A DNA stretch of 64,000 bases from a virus (taxonomy: Duplodnaviria; Caudoviricetes). Within the stretch, counting starts at the first letter, position 1. Every line of letters begins with the position of its first letter. Location: positions 1,414 through 65,413 of IMG/VR virus record IMGVR_UViG_3300047557_002497, one strand, 5' to 3'. The translations under genes were made by a program, and so were the position numbers. Under the pieces are notes generated by a model. That model was not told where the DNA came from, did not search any database, and worked only from the letters and a program-made list of their open reading frames with translations. This document shows, piece by piece, positions 17,632 to 26,449 of this stretch.

Positions 17632-18238
17632 TCTGCACCCAATATTCTATAAGCCTGTCCATAGGAGCTTTGCCAAGTTCCATCATGTTATACCAGTATC
17701 TTGATATACCGATTTGATTGGCACATTCTAAGATTGTCCATCCACTTCTTTTACGGAAGATCAGGCATTTCTCATGGGCCTCCAGTTCACCCAATGAAGG
17801 AAGAAACAACGATGAAGTGTTTTTGAGAATAATCTCTTCTCGCTCAACAGATGCAAATTCGTTCCTCGGAATTCCGATGAGTCTTGCAGCCGTTCTTTGA
17901 GATAGATTATTTCTACGACGTAGGATTGTTAGATATTCGCCGAAGCTAAGTTCTGCTGGTAGGAGCGAAGGAAGTTTATCAGAGGCTGTGATTCCATCTT
18001 GCCTTTGAACACTATCTCTGCTTCCAGCTCCATTTGGGTCTTGTTCATGTTGTCCCAGAGTTTCATGTCTCTTATCTTCTGACCCGACCAAAAGAACCAA
18101 TAGTTGCTGATTTTCCCACAGACTAGAGCCGCCCCTTTTGCCCTCTCTCTCCTCCACAACCAGATTTGCTGTTCTTTTGTCAACGGATGATGGAACTTTA
18201 TTGGATCTTTTATGTTTCTTGGCCACAGCTTCATCCAC
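17621..18238 (-). CDS. tandem XRE-HTH protein (start unclear)
   Basis: Two HTH repeats LRRRNNLSQRTAARLIG and RKRSGWTILECANQIGIS in the C-terminal half. Confidence 0.6.
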   Translation of the reverse strand: MDEAVAKKHKRSNKVPSSVDKRTANLVVEEREGKRGGSSLWENQQLLVLLVGSEDKRHETLGQHEQDPNGAGSRDSVQRQDGITASDKLPSLLPAELSFGEYLTILRRRNNLSQRTAARLIGIPRNEFASVEREEIILKNTSSLFLPSLGELEAHEKCLIFRKRSGWTILECANQIGISRYWYNMMELGKAPMDRLIEYWVQNEG

Positions 18239-18369
18239 TTACACTCAATCCAACCATAAGTATGGTTGACATCAGGAATACCAATACCAGTGCCTGTTGA
18301 TTCTATTCTAACAGCATTGATAGCTTCTAGCTTTTTCACTAGAAGAGATTTCATATCTGCTTCTGACAT
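17929..18369 (-). CDS. VRR-NUC / PD-(D/E)xK nuclease (Holliday-junction resolvase-like)
   Basis: SE...RIES..GIGIPD...WIECK...Q..W. Confidence 0.8.
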   Translation of the reverse strand: MSEADMKSLLVKKLEAINAVRIESTGTGIGIPDVNHTYGWIECKWMKLWPRNIKDPIKFHHPLTKEQQIWLWRRERAKGAALVCGKISNYWFFWSGQKIRDMKLWDNMNKTQMELEAEIVFKGKMESQPLINFLRSYQQNLASANI

Positions 18370-18375
18370 TAGGCC

Positions 18376-18404
18376 ACCATACCAGTATCCAAGGCAAAAG
18401 ACAA
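18376..18404 (-). promoter_or_regulatory. promoter TTGTCT-N17-TATGGT, 6 nt before ATG (leaderless)
   Basis: No room for an RBS between the -10 box and ATG 18369. Confidence 0.55.
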
Positions 18405-18405
18405 G

Positions 18406-18897
18406 TTATGGAAGGTAACTTCCAGGCTCAAATATTGCTTGAACAGGACCTCTCTTTTGATTTTGATATTTCCCATCATAAGCAACAGAAGCTGGCTTAT
18501 CAAGAAAATGGAAAATGATCTGAGCTATTGGATCGCCACGTCTCAATTTCAACATTTGATTTTGATTGTGATTCACCAATTCGAGAGTCAGGTATCCACA
18601 CCATCCAGGTTCTATGACTGTATTCTGAACAGTCAGTCCTTTCCTTGCCCAAGTAGACTTATCATGGACAACTCCGAGGAGATTTTTTGGCATCGTGAAA
18701 TGTTCAATCGTTGAAGCTAGAGCAAATGCTCCAGGCATCATGATGATATGGTCTGTTGATCCATCTTCATCAAATTCAACTGTCACATCATAACCAGCAG
18801 GTCCAACTCCATAGGTCAAACCATTGTGTCTTGTTCTTTCATTGAAAGGTGTGAAGATGTTCAGTTCTTTGATTGTTTGTCCACTTGCGATCATCAC
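18406..18897 (-). CDS. dcd: dCTP deaminase (trimeric dUTPase fold)
   Basis: PAGYD, DKSTWARKG, TVIEPGWCGYLTLEL, YDGKYQNQ. Confidence 0.85.
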   Translation of the reverse strand: MMIASGQTIKELNIFTPFNERTRHNGLTYGVGPAGYDVTVEFDEDGSTDHIIMMPGAFALASTIEHFTMPKNLLGVVHDKSTWARKGLTVQNTVIEPGWCGYLTLELVNHNQNQMLKLRRGDPIAQIIFHFLDKPASVAYDGKYQNQKRGPVQAIFEPGSYLP

Positions 18898-19076
18898 ACA
18901 ATTCCTTTTTCTTCAGCGAGAGATTGTTCCATAGTGACCATCTTGGTGTCTTCATCCCACTCGTGTTGGGATTTAGGTATCCAGACATTCTCTTTGTCTT
19001 CATCAAATTTGAAAAGACGAGCTTTGTCTGTTTCATGAACAAGTATGGCGATGATATCAACGAGTGTGCTTCTCAT
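18894..19076 (-). CDS. hypothetical protein
   Basis: ETDKA...WIPKSQ; ATGA-coupled. Confidence 0.6.
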   Translation of the reverse strand: MRSTLVDIIAILVHETDKARLFKFDEDKENVWIPKSQHEWDEDTKMVTMEQSLAEEKGIV

Positions 19077-19426
19077 GATTCACCTTCAAAATGTCCGAGA
19101 TTCACTTGAGGCCATTCTTCTTTATGTTGAAACGATCCATCTTTGGCAATTTCCCATGAACGTTTCTTGTTGACTTCAAATTTGTCTCTTACAGCTTGTT
19201 CAAGATCAACTTCAAGAAGACCACATATTTGAAGAAGAAAGAACATGACATCAGCACATTCTTCTCCAACTTTTTTCGGATCATAATTGTTGAAATTGTT
19301 ATAAAGATCAGAGAGAAGCTCTGAATACTCTTTGTTTCCACGAATTCCCAATGCAAGAGGATGAGGTTCTTCGAAGGTCTCTTGACCCCAATTCGTGATC
19401 TCAGCTTGAAGTTCAGACAACGGCAT
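19073..19426 (-). CDS. MazG-like all-alpha dNTP pyrophosphohydrolase
   Basis: WGQETF...KEYSEL...GEECADV...KFEVNKKRSW. Confidence 0.75.
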   Translation of the reverse strand: MPLSELQAEITNWGQETFEEPHPLALGIRGNKEYSELLSDLYNNFNNYDPKKVGEECADVMFFLLQICGLLEVDLEQAVRDKFEVNKKRSWEIAKDGSFQHKEEWPQVNLGHFEGES

Positions 19427-19428
19427 TT

Positions 19429-20127
19429 CTATCTCCTATATGATGCGAGTGTTTGCCACAGATTTTCTTGCATTTTAGGTTCACGAGTGCATTCCCAACC
19501 AGATTCAATCAGGAAGTGATGAGCTTTCTCAACATATTCAACTCCGAAACCATTGATATGGTATTCAAGAGCAAATTCTTTCAATCCAGTTTTGTGGAGT
19601 TCTGGAATGAGATTGTATTCTGCACCTTCACAGTCAATCTTTGCAACTGTGATATCATGATCTCCACTGAACAAATCAAGAACTGAAATTGTATCAACTT
19701 CGAAGCTGATTCTTCCTCTTCTACTATATGTAGACGAGTTCCCAGGATTTCTTCCGGTCGGACTTATGAACAGAGGAATTCTGCCCGCTGGCTTCGGAGT
19801 CAATGCTGCATTAATAAGAGTGACACCTGTATCTTCTTGGGTATTCAAGATCAGCATATTGAAATTGTTTGGTTCAGGTTCGATAGATACAATGGATTTG
19901 CATCCCTGATCTAGAGCCCAACGAGAGAAGCATCCAATGTTCGCTCCAATATCAAGAACAACTCTGTCTTTGACATCAAGAGTTCCATATGAACGGACAA
20001 TCTCTTTAGATACATATTCATCATATGTATCTTTCCTGCACCACACAGGCTTCTGGAAATTCTTAGGTTGGAATTTGTAAATTTCTCGTTCTTCAAATCC
20101 AACGATAGTCTCAACACCATATTTCAT
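19429..20127 (-). CDS. FkbM-family SAM-dependent methyltransferase
   Basis: VLDIGANIG, IEPEPNN, KIDCEGAE, LEYH. Confidence 0.9.
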   Translation of the reverse strand: MKYGVETIVGFEEREIYKFQPKNFQKPVWCRKDTYDEYVSKEIVRSYGTLDVKDRVVLDIGANIGCFSRWALDQGCKSIVSIEPEPNNFNMLILNTQEDTGVTLINAALTPKPAGRIPLFISPTGRNPGNSSTYSRRGRISFEVDTISVLDLFSGDHDITVAKIDCEGAEYNLIPELHKTGLKEFALEYHINGFGVEYVEKAHHFLIESGWECTREPKMQENLWQTLASYRR

Positions 20128-20405
20128 AGTTTCTCCCACTTCTTGAACTTGATGTTTCTTCTTGTGATTGACAAAGCTTCAAGTTGAATTTCGAATGGAA
20201 CTTCTGGTTCTTCTTTTACAATGCTAAATCTTCTTTGTTCTAATCTATGATAAGAACGAGTTTCATCAATCATGAATTTATGTCTTTTGCTATCTCTAGA
20301 CATTACATACATTGCATCTAGATAGAGATATTCACCATCTCTTAACCAGAATTCCCATCTAACTTTATTGAGATCATCAATCTCTTTGGTAATTTCTATT
20401 CTCAT
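20124..20405 (-). CDS. hypothetical protein
   Basis: Coupled ORF. Confidence 0.6.
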   Translation of the reverse strand: MRIEITKEIDDLNKVRWEFWLRDGEYLYLDAMYVMSRDSKRHKFMIDETRSYHRLEQRRFSIVKEEPEVPFEIQLEALSITRRNIKFKKWEKL

Positions 20406-20647
20406 GATGGTATCAGAATTTGCTGCAGAGTGACTTCATCGAGTTCATTCCAATCACATGGAGTATAATCAGATTCTTCCCAGCAGATTTGGCAAACTGG
20501 AACTGGTTTTGCAGAAGAAAGATCTTCTACTCTTGACCATCTCACATCAGCCAGTGCATGACCATTGCATTCTTCATCGCAGCTATTGCAAACAACGACG
20601 AGATGGCTGTTCAGGATATATGTCATACCTTGCTTATCTCTCCCCAT
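20402..20647 (-). CDS. small Cys-rich protein
   Basis: CNSC...CQIC; coupled. Confidence 0.5.
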   Translation of the reverse strand: MGRDKQGMTYILNSHLVVVCNSCDEECNGHALADVRWSRVEDLSSAKPVPVCQICWEESDYTPCDWNELDEVTLQQILIPS

Positions 20648-22704
20648 GAAGGACCAACTTCTGTATCAACCTTAAACGGAACCCAGATGGTTCCAGAGAA
20701 CTTCTCGACTGCACAGTCTTTCATTATACGACCAACTTCTTTAGCTTCTTCAACAGAACTAAAAGAGCCATCCATTTCATCATGAACCTGAAGTTGAATG
20801 AAGTAACCTGCATCATCAAGCTCACACAAGGCCAATTTAGTCTGGTCTGCGCTGCTGCCTTGTATAACACGGTTGAGAGCTTTGTGAGTATAGTCATAAG
20901 TTCCATCTTCACGACGTTCAAAATTCAAACGTCTATTAAAGATTGTTCTGACATATCCAACGCTATTTGCTCTATCAGATGCAGCTTTTGATAGCTTACG
21001 AACATACGGAACTTCTCTATCAAACTTATCAAGAATTTCCTGACCATGCTCACCAGCAACTTCTCTGATGTAACCTTTCTGCATTTCCATACGATAAGCC
21101 ATAGCAGAAGCTTGATCTTCAAAATATTCTGTGTGTTTCAAATCACCGTAACCGACAGTATACATCCATCTAGTCGGTTGCTTGATATCTCTACACAGTT
21201 TGGGTCCACCTTCACCATAGCAAAGACCAAGGAAAATGTTCTTATCGTAACCTCTTTCAACTTTGAATTCTTTGGGAGATTCTTTCATCGCCCAATCAGT
21301 CCATTTATCACCTCTGATGAGACGAACCATCATCTCATGGTTATCAGTATCAGGATTTTCTTGATAACGCCTTGCAGCTTCTCTAGCACGAGGTAGATCC
21401 ATGACGGCCGCGAAGTGAGTTGTCCATCTTGGCTCTTGTTGGGAATAGTCGTTGCATCCCCAGATTTGTCCATGTTCCGGGATAAAGATCTTTCTCCATT
21501 CACCAGCAATCTCAGGGTCTCTATCTGGAGAGGGCTGCTGCTGCATATTAGGATCTGTTGCAGATAGTCGTCCGTATCTAACGCCCTTCTGATCACCTTC
21601 CTCGTCCTCTTGTGCTATTTGACGGAACGTGCAATGTAGCCTTCCGTTGACCGAATGCTTTCTTATACTTTGGGCGAATGTAGTTCTAAGTTTATTGACT
21701 TTACGAGCTCTGAGAATTGCTTCACAAACAGGATCATCATTTCCACCCAAAAGGAAGCGATCAATCTGTGGAGCTCCAGTGCTAGTCTTTTTAAGACGAA
21801 CTCCTATTGCTTCAAGTGCTGGAGCAAGAGCATCAGGTTTCCAAACTTCACCGAAGCCGATCTTAACTCCAGTAGTTCTCTTGATAAAATCAAGAGCTTT
21901 CATCTCTTCTGTTTCAGCCCAATTTTCAATTTGTTGAAGTTTATCAAAATTGATAAGAACACCACGTCTTCTCATACGAACAAGCGCAGGAAGGGTTCGT
22001 GTCTCTAGGTCCCATATTTCTCTAAGACCTTCTTTATCAATTTTCTCTTCTTGCTTTTTCAATATTTCTAACGGAGAGACAGAGTCTTGCTCTGCATATT
22101 GTCCAACAAATCTAGCTGGTAATCTCCACAATCCTTTCTTAAAATCAAGACCGAAAGACTTTGCAGCTTCTATTAGAAGAATTTCATGTTTCGCTTCTAT
22201 ACCATATCTCTCACCAATTGCTTTTAGAGAATAGTTCATATGAAGTTCATATATTAATGGATCAGCAATTTGGATATCTCTGAATTTAGCGTTTTTATTC
22301 CATTCAAAATTATCAGAGTAGCCATAATCCATGTCATAAGCCAAATTGGCTCCAACATATTCGCCTTCAAAATGTTTAATCTGTTCACTAAGATATCTCT
22401 TGACTTGAACTTCATCAAGATTATCACCACCTTCATGCCCATAGGGCAGATAGAATGCCGGACCTCCTTCTATTGAAAAAGACCAGCCAACAGTTTTCCC
22501 GTCTCTGAGCGAACCTGATCCCATTTTATTACCAAGAGAAGGATCTTTGGTTTCACAATCAATCGCTATTCTTTTAGCATCTTTCCAGGAAGGAAGATCA
22601 GAAAGTGATGGTGGCCTCCAGGTAGATTCTGGAGTAAAGAAACTCATTTGCAGAGAGCCACCTAGATTAGGATTTCCCTTCTTTCTAATCATTCTGATAT
22701 CCAA
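20623..22704 (-). CDS. polA: family A DNA polymerase with 3'-5' exonuclease
   Basis: IDCET exo I; DYSQQEPR motif A; KNIFLGLCYG motif B; QVHDE motif C. Confidence 0.95.
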   Translation of the reverse strand: MDIRMIRKKGNPNLGGSLQMSFFTPESTWRPPSLSDLPSWKDAKRIAIDCETKDPSLGNKMGSGSLRDGKTVGWSFSIEGGPAFYLPYGHEGGDNLDEVQVKRYLSEQIKHFEGEYVGANLAYDMDYGYSDNFEWNKNAKFRDIQIADPLIYELHMNYSLKAIGERYGIEAKHEILLIEAAKSFGLDFKKGLWRLPARFVGQYAEQDSVSPLEILKKQEEKIDKEGLREIWDLETRTLPALVRMRRRGVLINFDKLQQIENWAETEEMKALDFIKRTTGVKIGFGEVWKPDALAPALEAIGVRLKKTSTGAPQIDRFLLGGNDDPVCEAILRARKVNKLRTTFAQSIRKHSVNGRLHCTFRQIAQEDEEGDQKGVRYGRLSATDPNMQQQPSPDRDPEIAGEWRKIFIPEHGQIWGCNDYSQQEPRWTTHFAAVMDLPRAREAARRYQENPDTDNHEMMVRLIRGDKWTDWAMKESPKEFKVERGYDKNIFLGLCYGEGGPKLCRDIKQPTRWMYTVGYGDLKHTEYFEDQASAMAYRMEMQKGYIREVAGEHGQEILDKFDREVPYVRKLSKAASDRANSVGYVRTIFNRRLNFERREDGTYDYTHKALNRVIQGSSADQTKLALCELDDAGYFIQLQVHDEMDGSFSSVEEAKEVGRIMKDCAVEKFSGTIWVPFKVDTEVGPSWGEISKV

Positions 22705-23344
22705 ATGGCGATGGATGATCTGAGCTCATCTTGCATTCATCAGTAGCAAATTCCATCATTTTCCTTCTTGGAAGACCACAGCCACATGGACAAGGACCGA
22801 ATGGTATTTCAGCGACTGTTTTGGACGTGTTGGTTGGTTGCCCCTGCCCTATGGTGCCTTGCGCCCCGCTAGGCGCTGCCCCTGCGCTGCCCTGTTTGCC
22901 TGTAGCCGGTAGGGTGGCACCGGGCAAGGGGTTTACCCCATCCAGTGCCCCGCTTACAGTCATGATGAGTGTATTCAAAACTGCCTTCGCTTCATAGACT
23001 TCATTGAGAGAAACAAATCTGCACATAGAATACATGAACTCTCGTTCTAGTCTTCTTTCAGCAGTTCCCAAGCCATTTGAATTTACGAAATTCAAAGTCA
23101 ATTGAAAGTCAAAATTGTTTCTTGATCTGCATTCATTTGGGATAGTTATGTGACTAGTTGCAATGATCTTATCGATGTAGGTCATCGCTTTCTTTAGATC
23201 TTCAATCCCATTCTTTTTCCACCAACGAGAAACATACTTCGTCGCACACCCTGCAAGATATCCCATACCGAGATCAGTTACCCAATCCCAATGCTGATAT
23301 ACAGACTGATAGTGATCTCCGCCTTCTTGCTTCACGTATTCCAT
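22685..23344 (-). CDS. DUF3310/SaV-like protein (putative nucleotide kinase) with low-complexity tail
   Basis: GGDHY...KYVSRW.KKNGIEDLKKA.Y. Confidence 0.75.
   Translation of the reverse strand: MEYVKQEGGDHYQSVYQHWDWVTDLGMGYLAGCATKYVSRWWKKNGIEDLKKAMTYIDKIIATSHITIPNECRSRNNFDFQLTLNFVNSNGLGTAERRLEREFMYSMCRFVSLNEVYEAKAVLNTLIMTVSGALDGVNPLPGATLPATGKQGSAGAAPSGAQGTIGQGQPTNTSKTVAEIPFGPCPCGCGLPRRKMMEFATDECKMSSDHPSPFGYQND
22813..22960. repeat. 148-bp three-box element with TC/GA-free run, copy 1
   Basis: Box 1 22813-22834; hairpin CCGGT-AGGGTGGC-ACCGG 22906-22923; box 3 CCCGCTTACAGT 22949-22960; no TC or GA in 22825-22941. Confidence 0.85.
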
Positions 23345-23904
23345 TATTCACCTTTATCAGAAAGAGTTTCCCAGCCATCGCTTTCAACTTGAAAGAAGAA
23401 GTCAACTATCTTTGGATGATAGTGATGTTTTCTATCTCTTATGTGTTTAGAGACAGCGAGCAATTTTGTTTCCATGGATAGATTTCCAAGCATTTGTTCA
23501 TCTCTGCAGTAGAGATAGAACTCAATCATGTCAAGACCACGAAACCACAAAAGATCTTCTTCACTTAGATCTGATTCAGGATCTTCTCCGAATACAAGAA
23601 CTTGCAGTTCACTCTCAGTTTCTTTGAGATATGTTGCATCAATGAAACCGATATGCTTTGCTGGATGAGGAATATCACCAACAATCCTTTCAGGAACGTC
23701 ATGCTGGAGAACAGCCCAGATGAGTTCTTTCGGAGCATCAGGATATAGAATTCTCAAGAGACAGAGCATATTGAAAGTGTGCCCAGAGACAGGATATTCT
23801 CTAATCCCTCTTTGAGCATGACATCTCAGAACATTGCCACCTTCTCTCGCAAATTTAACTTTCTGAACATTCAAATCTCTTTCAGATCTGAAACCATAAG
23901 TCAT
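23344..23904 (-). CDS. HD-domain phosphohydrolase (YfbR-like 5'-deoxynucleotidase)
   Basis: R.H...VSGH...QHDVPERIVGDIP...D. Confidence 0.8.
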   Translation of the reverse strand: MTYGFRSERDLNVQKVKFAREGGNVLRCHAQRGIREYPVSGHTFNMLCLLRILYPDAPKELIWAVLQHDVPERIVGDIPHPAKHIGFIDATYLKETESELQVLVFGEDPESDLSEEDLLWFRGLDMIEFYLYCRDEQMLGNLSMETKLLAVSKHIRDRKHHYHPKIVDFFFQVESDGWETLSDKGE

Positions 23905-24911
23905 TTCATTCTCCTTTGAAGCCATTCAACACAAGCAAGTCTCCAATCAGTTGCAGCGATCTTTTCAGCAAACACGATTGCCTTCTCAAGATGATACGGA
24001 TCATCTTTATCTTTCCATGCCATCCAAGAACTGTAGACTGGAGATGCAACTTTCTTGAAGAACGGATCTTTAAACCCAATGACAGGACCCTCAGACATGA
24101 ACATCGAGAGATCAGTAAACCACTCTTCTATTGGGCCATTGACGATTGGGAAGGGTTCTACTGCACCTGTCGCATACGGATCCATACCAGTAGAATGCAT
24201 GGAGAGTTCTTGGACTTTCTCCAAAGTATTGAGGTAAGCATGGAAATTCGTGCTGATCTGATAATAGGAGCCTACTTGAACTCCGATCCAAGATGCCATC
24301 ACTTCTTGCAAGAAAGAGAAATGAACAGCATTCGCTCCATACGCTCCCCAGATCATGTCATTGCTTCTGTTGAACACAGTCATGTCAAGATATCCATATG
24401 GATTTATCCTGAAAGTAGCAATGAGATTGCAAGGGAAGTCTTTGCCATCTCTACCAAGATCACAAGAAGCATCCCACATTTGAAGAACAGTTCTTCTATC
24501 ATCAGGATTTTGTTTTAGAAGTTTTGCAATAGTTGCGAGTTGATCAATTACAAAAGATCCGCCTTCATCATATGCTGGAAAAGCATTTCTCCAACGATAT
24601 CCATATGCACCATGGAATGTAACTCCATTATCACTATAATTCGCGATATTAGAAGAAAAACGAGAAATCCATTCAACATCATTTCTTCCAGAGATCATCC
24701 ACAAAGATTCCATAAGATGGAAAAAAGGATTTGCATCTCTTTCAGGAAAGAAGATCACTCTTTCTGTAGGATCTTTATATTTCGTTGTTACTGGATCAGG
24801 GAAAACCCTAACTGGTCCATTTCTTGAATCTCTCAGAACTCCATCAGATTCAAGCTTTCTAAGCCCAATGATAAGAGCATCATTGACGTTGTTAGCTTCT
24901 ATGATGATCAT
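23901..24911 (-). CDS. thymidylate-synthase-family dUMP hydroxymethylase
   Basis: DFPCN catalytic Cys; RSNDMIWGAYGAN with dUMP-type Asn; NFHAY. Confidence 0.8.
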   Translation of the reverse strand: MIIIEANNVNDALIIGLRKLESDGVLRDSRNGPVRVFPDPVTTKYKDPTERVIFFPERDANPFFHLMESLWMISGRNDVEWISRFSSNIANYSDNGVTFHGAYGYRWRNAFPAYDEGGSFVIDQLATIAKLLKQNPDDRRTVLQMWDASCDLGRDGKDFPCNLIATFRINPYGYLDMTVFNRSNDMIWGAYGANAVHFSFLQEVMASWIGVQVGSYYQISTNFHAYLNTLEKVQELSMHSTGMDPYATGAVEPFPIVNGPIEEWFTDLSMFMSEGPVIGFKDPFFKKVASPVYSSWMAWKDKDDPYHLEKAIVFAEKIAATDWRLACVEWLQRRMK

Positions 24912-26191
24912 TTTACTATCCCATAATGGTTGAAGAGAAGTGAATCGCAGTTGTCCATAACTTGATGATCAGGGAATCCATATTCCACGTCATCAAGTTC
25001 TCCATTAACCAGATCAAGCAACCTTTTCGCAACAGTCGCTCTTTCAAAGTTTTTGATGATCAGAGCATTTTCTTCAAGATATGGTCTTGCTTGTTGAATT
25101 GACATATTGCCAGCATCATCAATTATCTTTCCATAAGTGTATGGATCAGTTGCTTCACCTAGATCGATGTAATGAACTCCAGGTTTAAAGAAATCACTTC
25201 CCATTCCTCTTTGCTGAGCAACAGGAATTGCACCATGGATCATCGCATCAACAACAACGCGATTCCAATGTCCACCAATCTTAGAATATTTCTTAGACCA
25301 AGATGGATCTACCAGAACACGAGCTTTTTCGAGCCACGAGTGAACTTCACTGGTAGACCAATATTCATGATGTGTCATTCCATTTGCAAGAGCAGCTTCC
25401 CAGAACGTCATGCCTGAGAACCAATGGTCATTCACTCCATGATAATACTGAGGCTTGCATTTGTCTTCTGAAGTCATATACTGATATTCAATTCCCTTAC
25501 CAGCTACTTCACGAAGAGAATTTCCATCATAGTCTTTCATATATGCGATTGATTCAATCAACTCGTGAGCATGTTTCCATGCTTTGAAAGTTTGCATATT
25601 CACAAACCCTGGAAGTTTTTGGTCCCAGTCAGTTGTTGGAAAATATATCTCTTGTGGATTGAGGATCAAAGCTCTTGGTGGAGTTAAATGATCTGATCCA
25701 TTCAAAGCACAAGAATGGACACATGCTATTGCAGAAAGCTTCTCTTCAATATGTAAAAGATGAGGCGCACCATCACGAGAATTTCCATCATGTATGAATG
25801 CGAGTTGCTTGACGTGTGGCTTCAAATTATAAAGAAGAGGCCACTTGTTATTTCCTAAATGGAGTTTGTTTTTAGGAGGAACTGGAACAGTCCAAATAAC
25901 AAGATCATAAGAATTCAAAACTTCAATTGTCGTTCTTAGACCAAGAGATGTTTTATAAGGAAGACGGTTTTGAAGAGGAAAACTCCATCCGCATCCTTGT
26001 CCAAATCTTATTCCACTTGGGCCAATTTCGTTTGCATTCTGCTTATCGAGAGCATGAACTCTTTCAGAGTAGCACATTTCGTAGAAATGAACAGTGTGTC
26101 CTAAGTCTTTCAAACCACCAATCAATTGTTCAGTATGATTGATGATTCCTCCAAGATCCATGCAGGAATGGAGAGCGATACAAATTTTCAT
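24908..26191 (-). CDS. GT-B fold (GT4-like) glycosyltransferase
   Basis: N-terminal GGIINHTEQLIGGLKDLGHTV; C-terminal ARVLVDPS...RVVVDAMIHGAIPVA. Confidence 0.75.
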   Translation of the reverse strand: MKICIALHSCMDLGGIINHTEQLIGGLKDLGHTVHFYEMCYSERVHALDKQNANEIGPSGIRFGQGCGWSFPLQNRLPYKTSLGLRTTIEVLNSYDLVIWTVPVPPKNKLHLGNNKWPLLYNLKPHVKQLAFIHDGNSRDGAPHLLHIEEKLSAIACVHSCALNGSDHLTPPRALILNPQEIYFPTTDWDQKLPGFVNMQTFKAWKHAHELIESIAYMKDYDGNSLREVAGKGIEYQYMTSEDKCKPQYYHGVNDHWFSGMTFWEAALANGMTHHEYWSTSEVHSWLEKARVLVDPSWSKKYSKIGGHWNRVVVDAMIHGAIPVAQQRGMGSDFFKPGVHYIDLGEATDPYTYGKIIDDAGNMSIQQARPYLEENALIIKNFERATVAKRLLDLVNGELDDVEYGFPDHQVMDNCDSLLFNHYGIVK

Positions 26192-26214
26192 GATGTCTTC
26201 CCCCGTTATGATTT

Positions 26215-26243
26215 AGCATAAACCAGCTAGGGGCAAAAGACAA
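26215..26243 (-). promoter_or_regulatory. promoter TTGTCT-N17-TATGCT
   Basis: Shares TTGTCTTTTGCC with the 18376-18404 promoter. Confidence 0.55.
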
Positions 26244-26248
26244 TTTTG

Positions 26249-26449
26249 TTATTTCTTTTTCTTTACAAAAAGCCTATAGATAGTAACAAATGGAAGAGCA
26301 ATTGGAAATGTAAACATTCCTATAATGATTGTTTTTCTATCATATTGTTTTGCTTTTTCTGGATCATTCTTAATGACAAATTCATAAGCATAGACAAGAA
26401 TCATGTCTACGATAAGAAAATACAGGCAGAAATAGAACCACCAACTCAT
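26249..26449 (-). CDS. small membrane protein
   Basis: Two hydrophobic segments. Confidence 0.6.
   Translation of the reverse strand: MSWWFYFCLYFLIVDMILVYAYEFVIKNDPEKAKQYDRKTIIIGMFTFPIALPFVTIYRLFVKKKK

Noticed and set aside
23901-24911. dCMP hydroxymethylase (T4-like glucosyl-hmC) or plain thyA
   Set aside because: The specificity residue is Asn (dUMP type), not Asp, and the dCTP deaminase plus aGPT-Pplase1 context fits hmU. Plain thymidylate synthase is less likely but not excluded.
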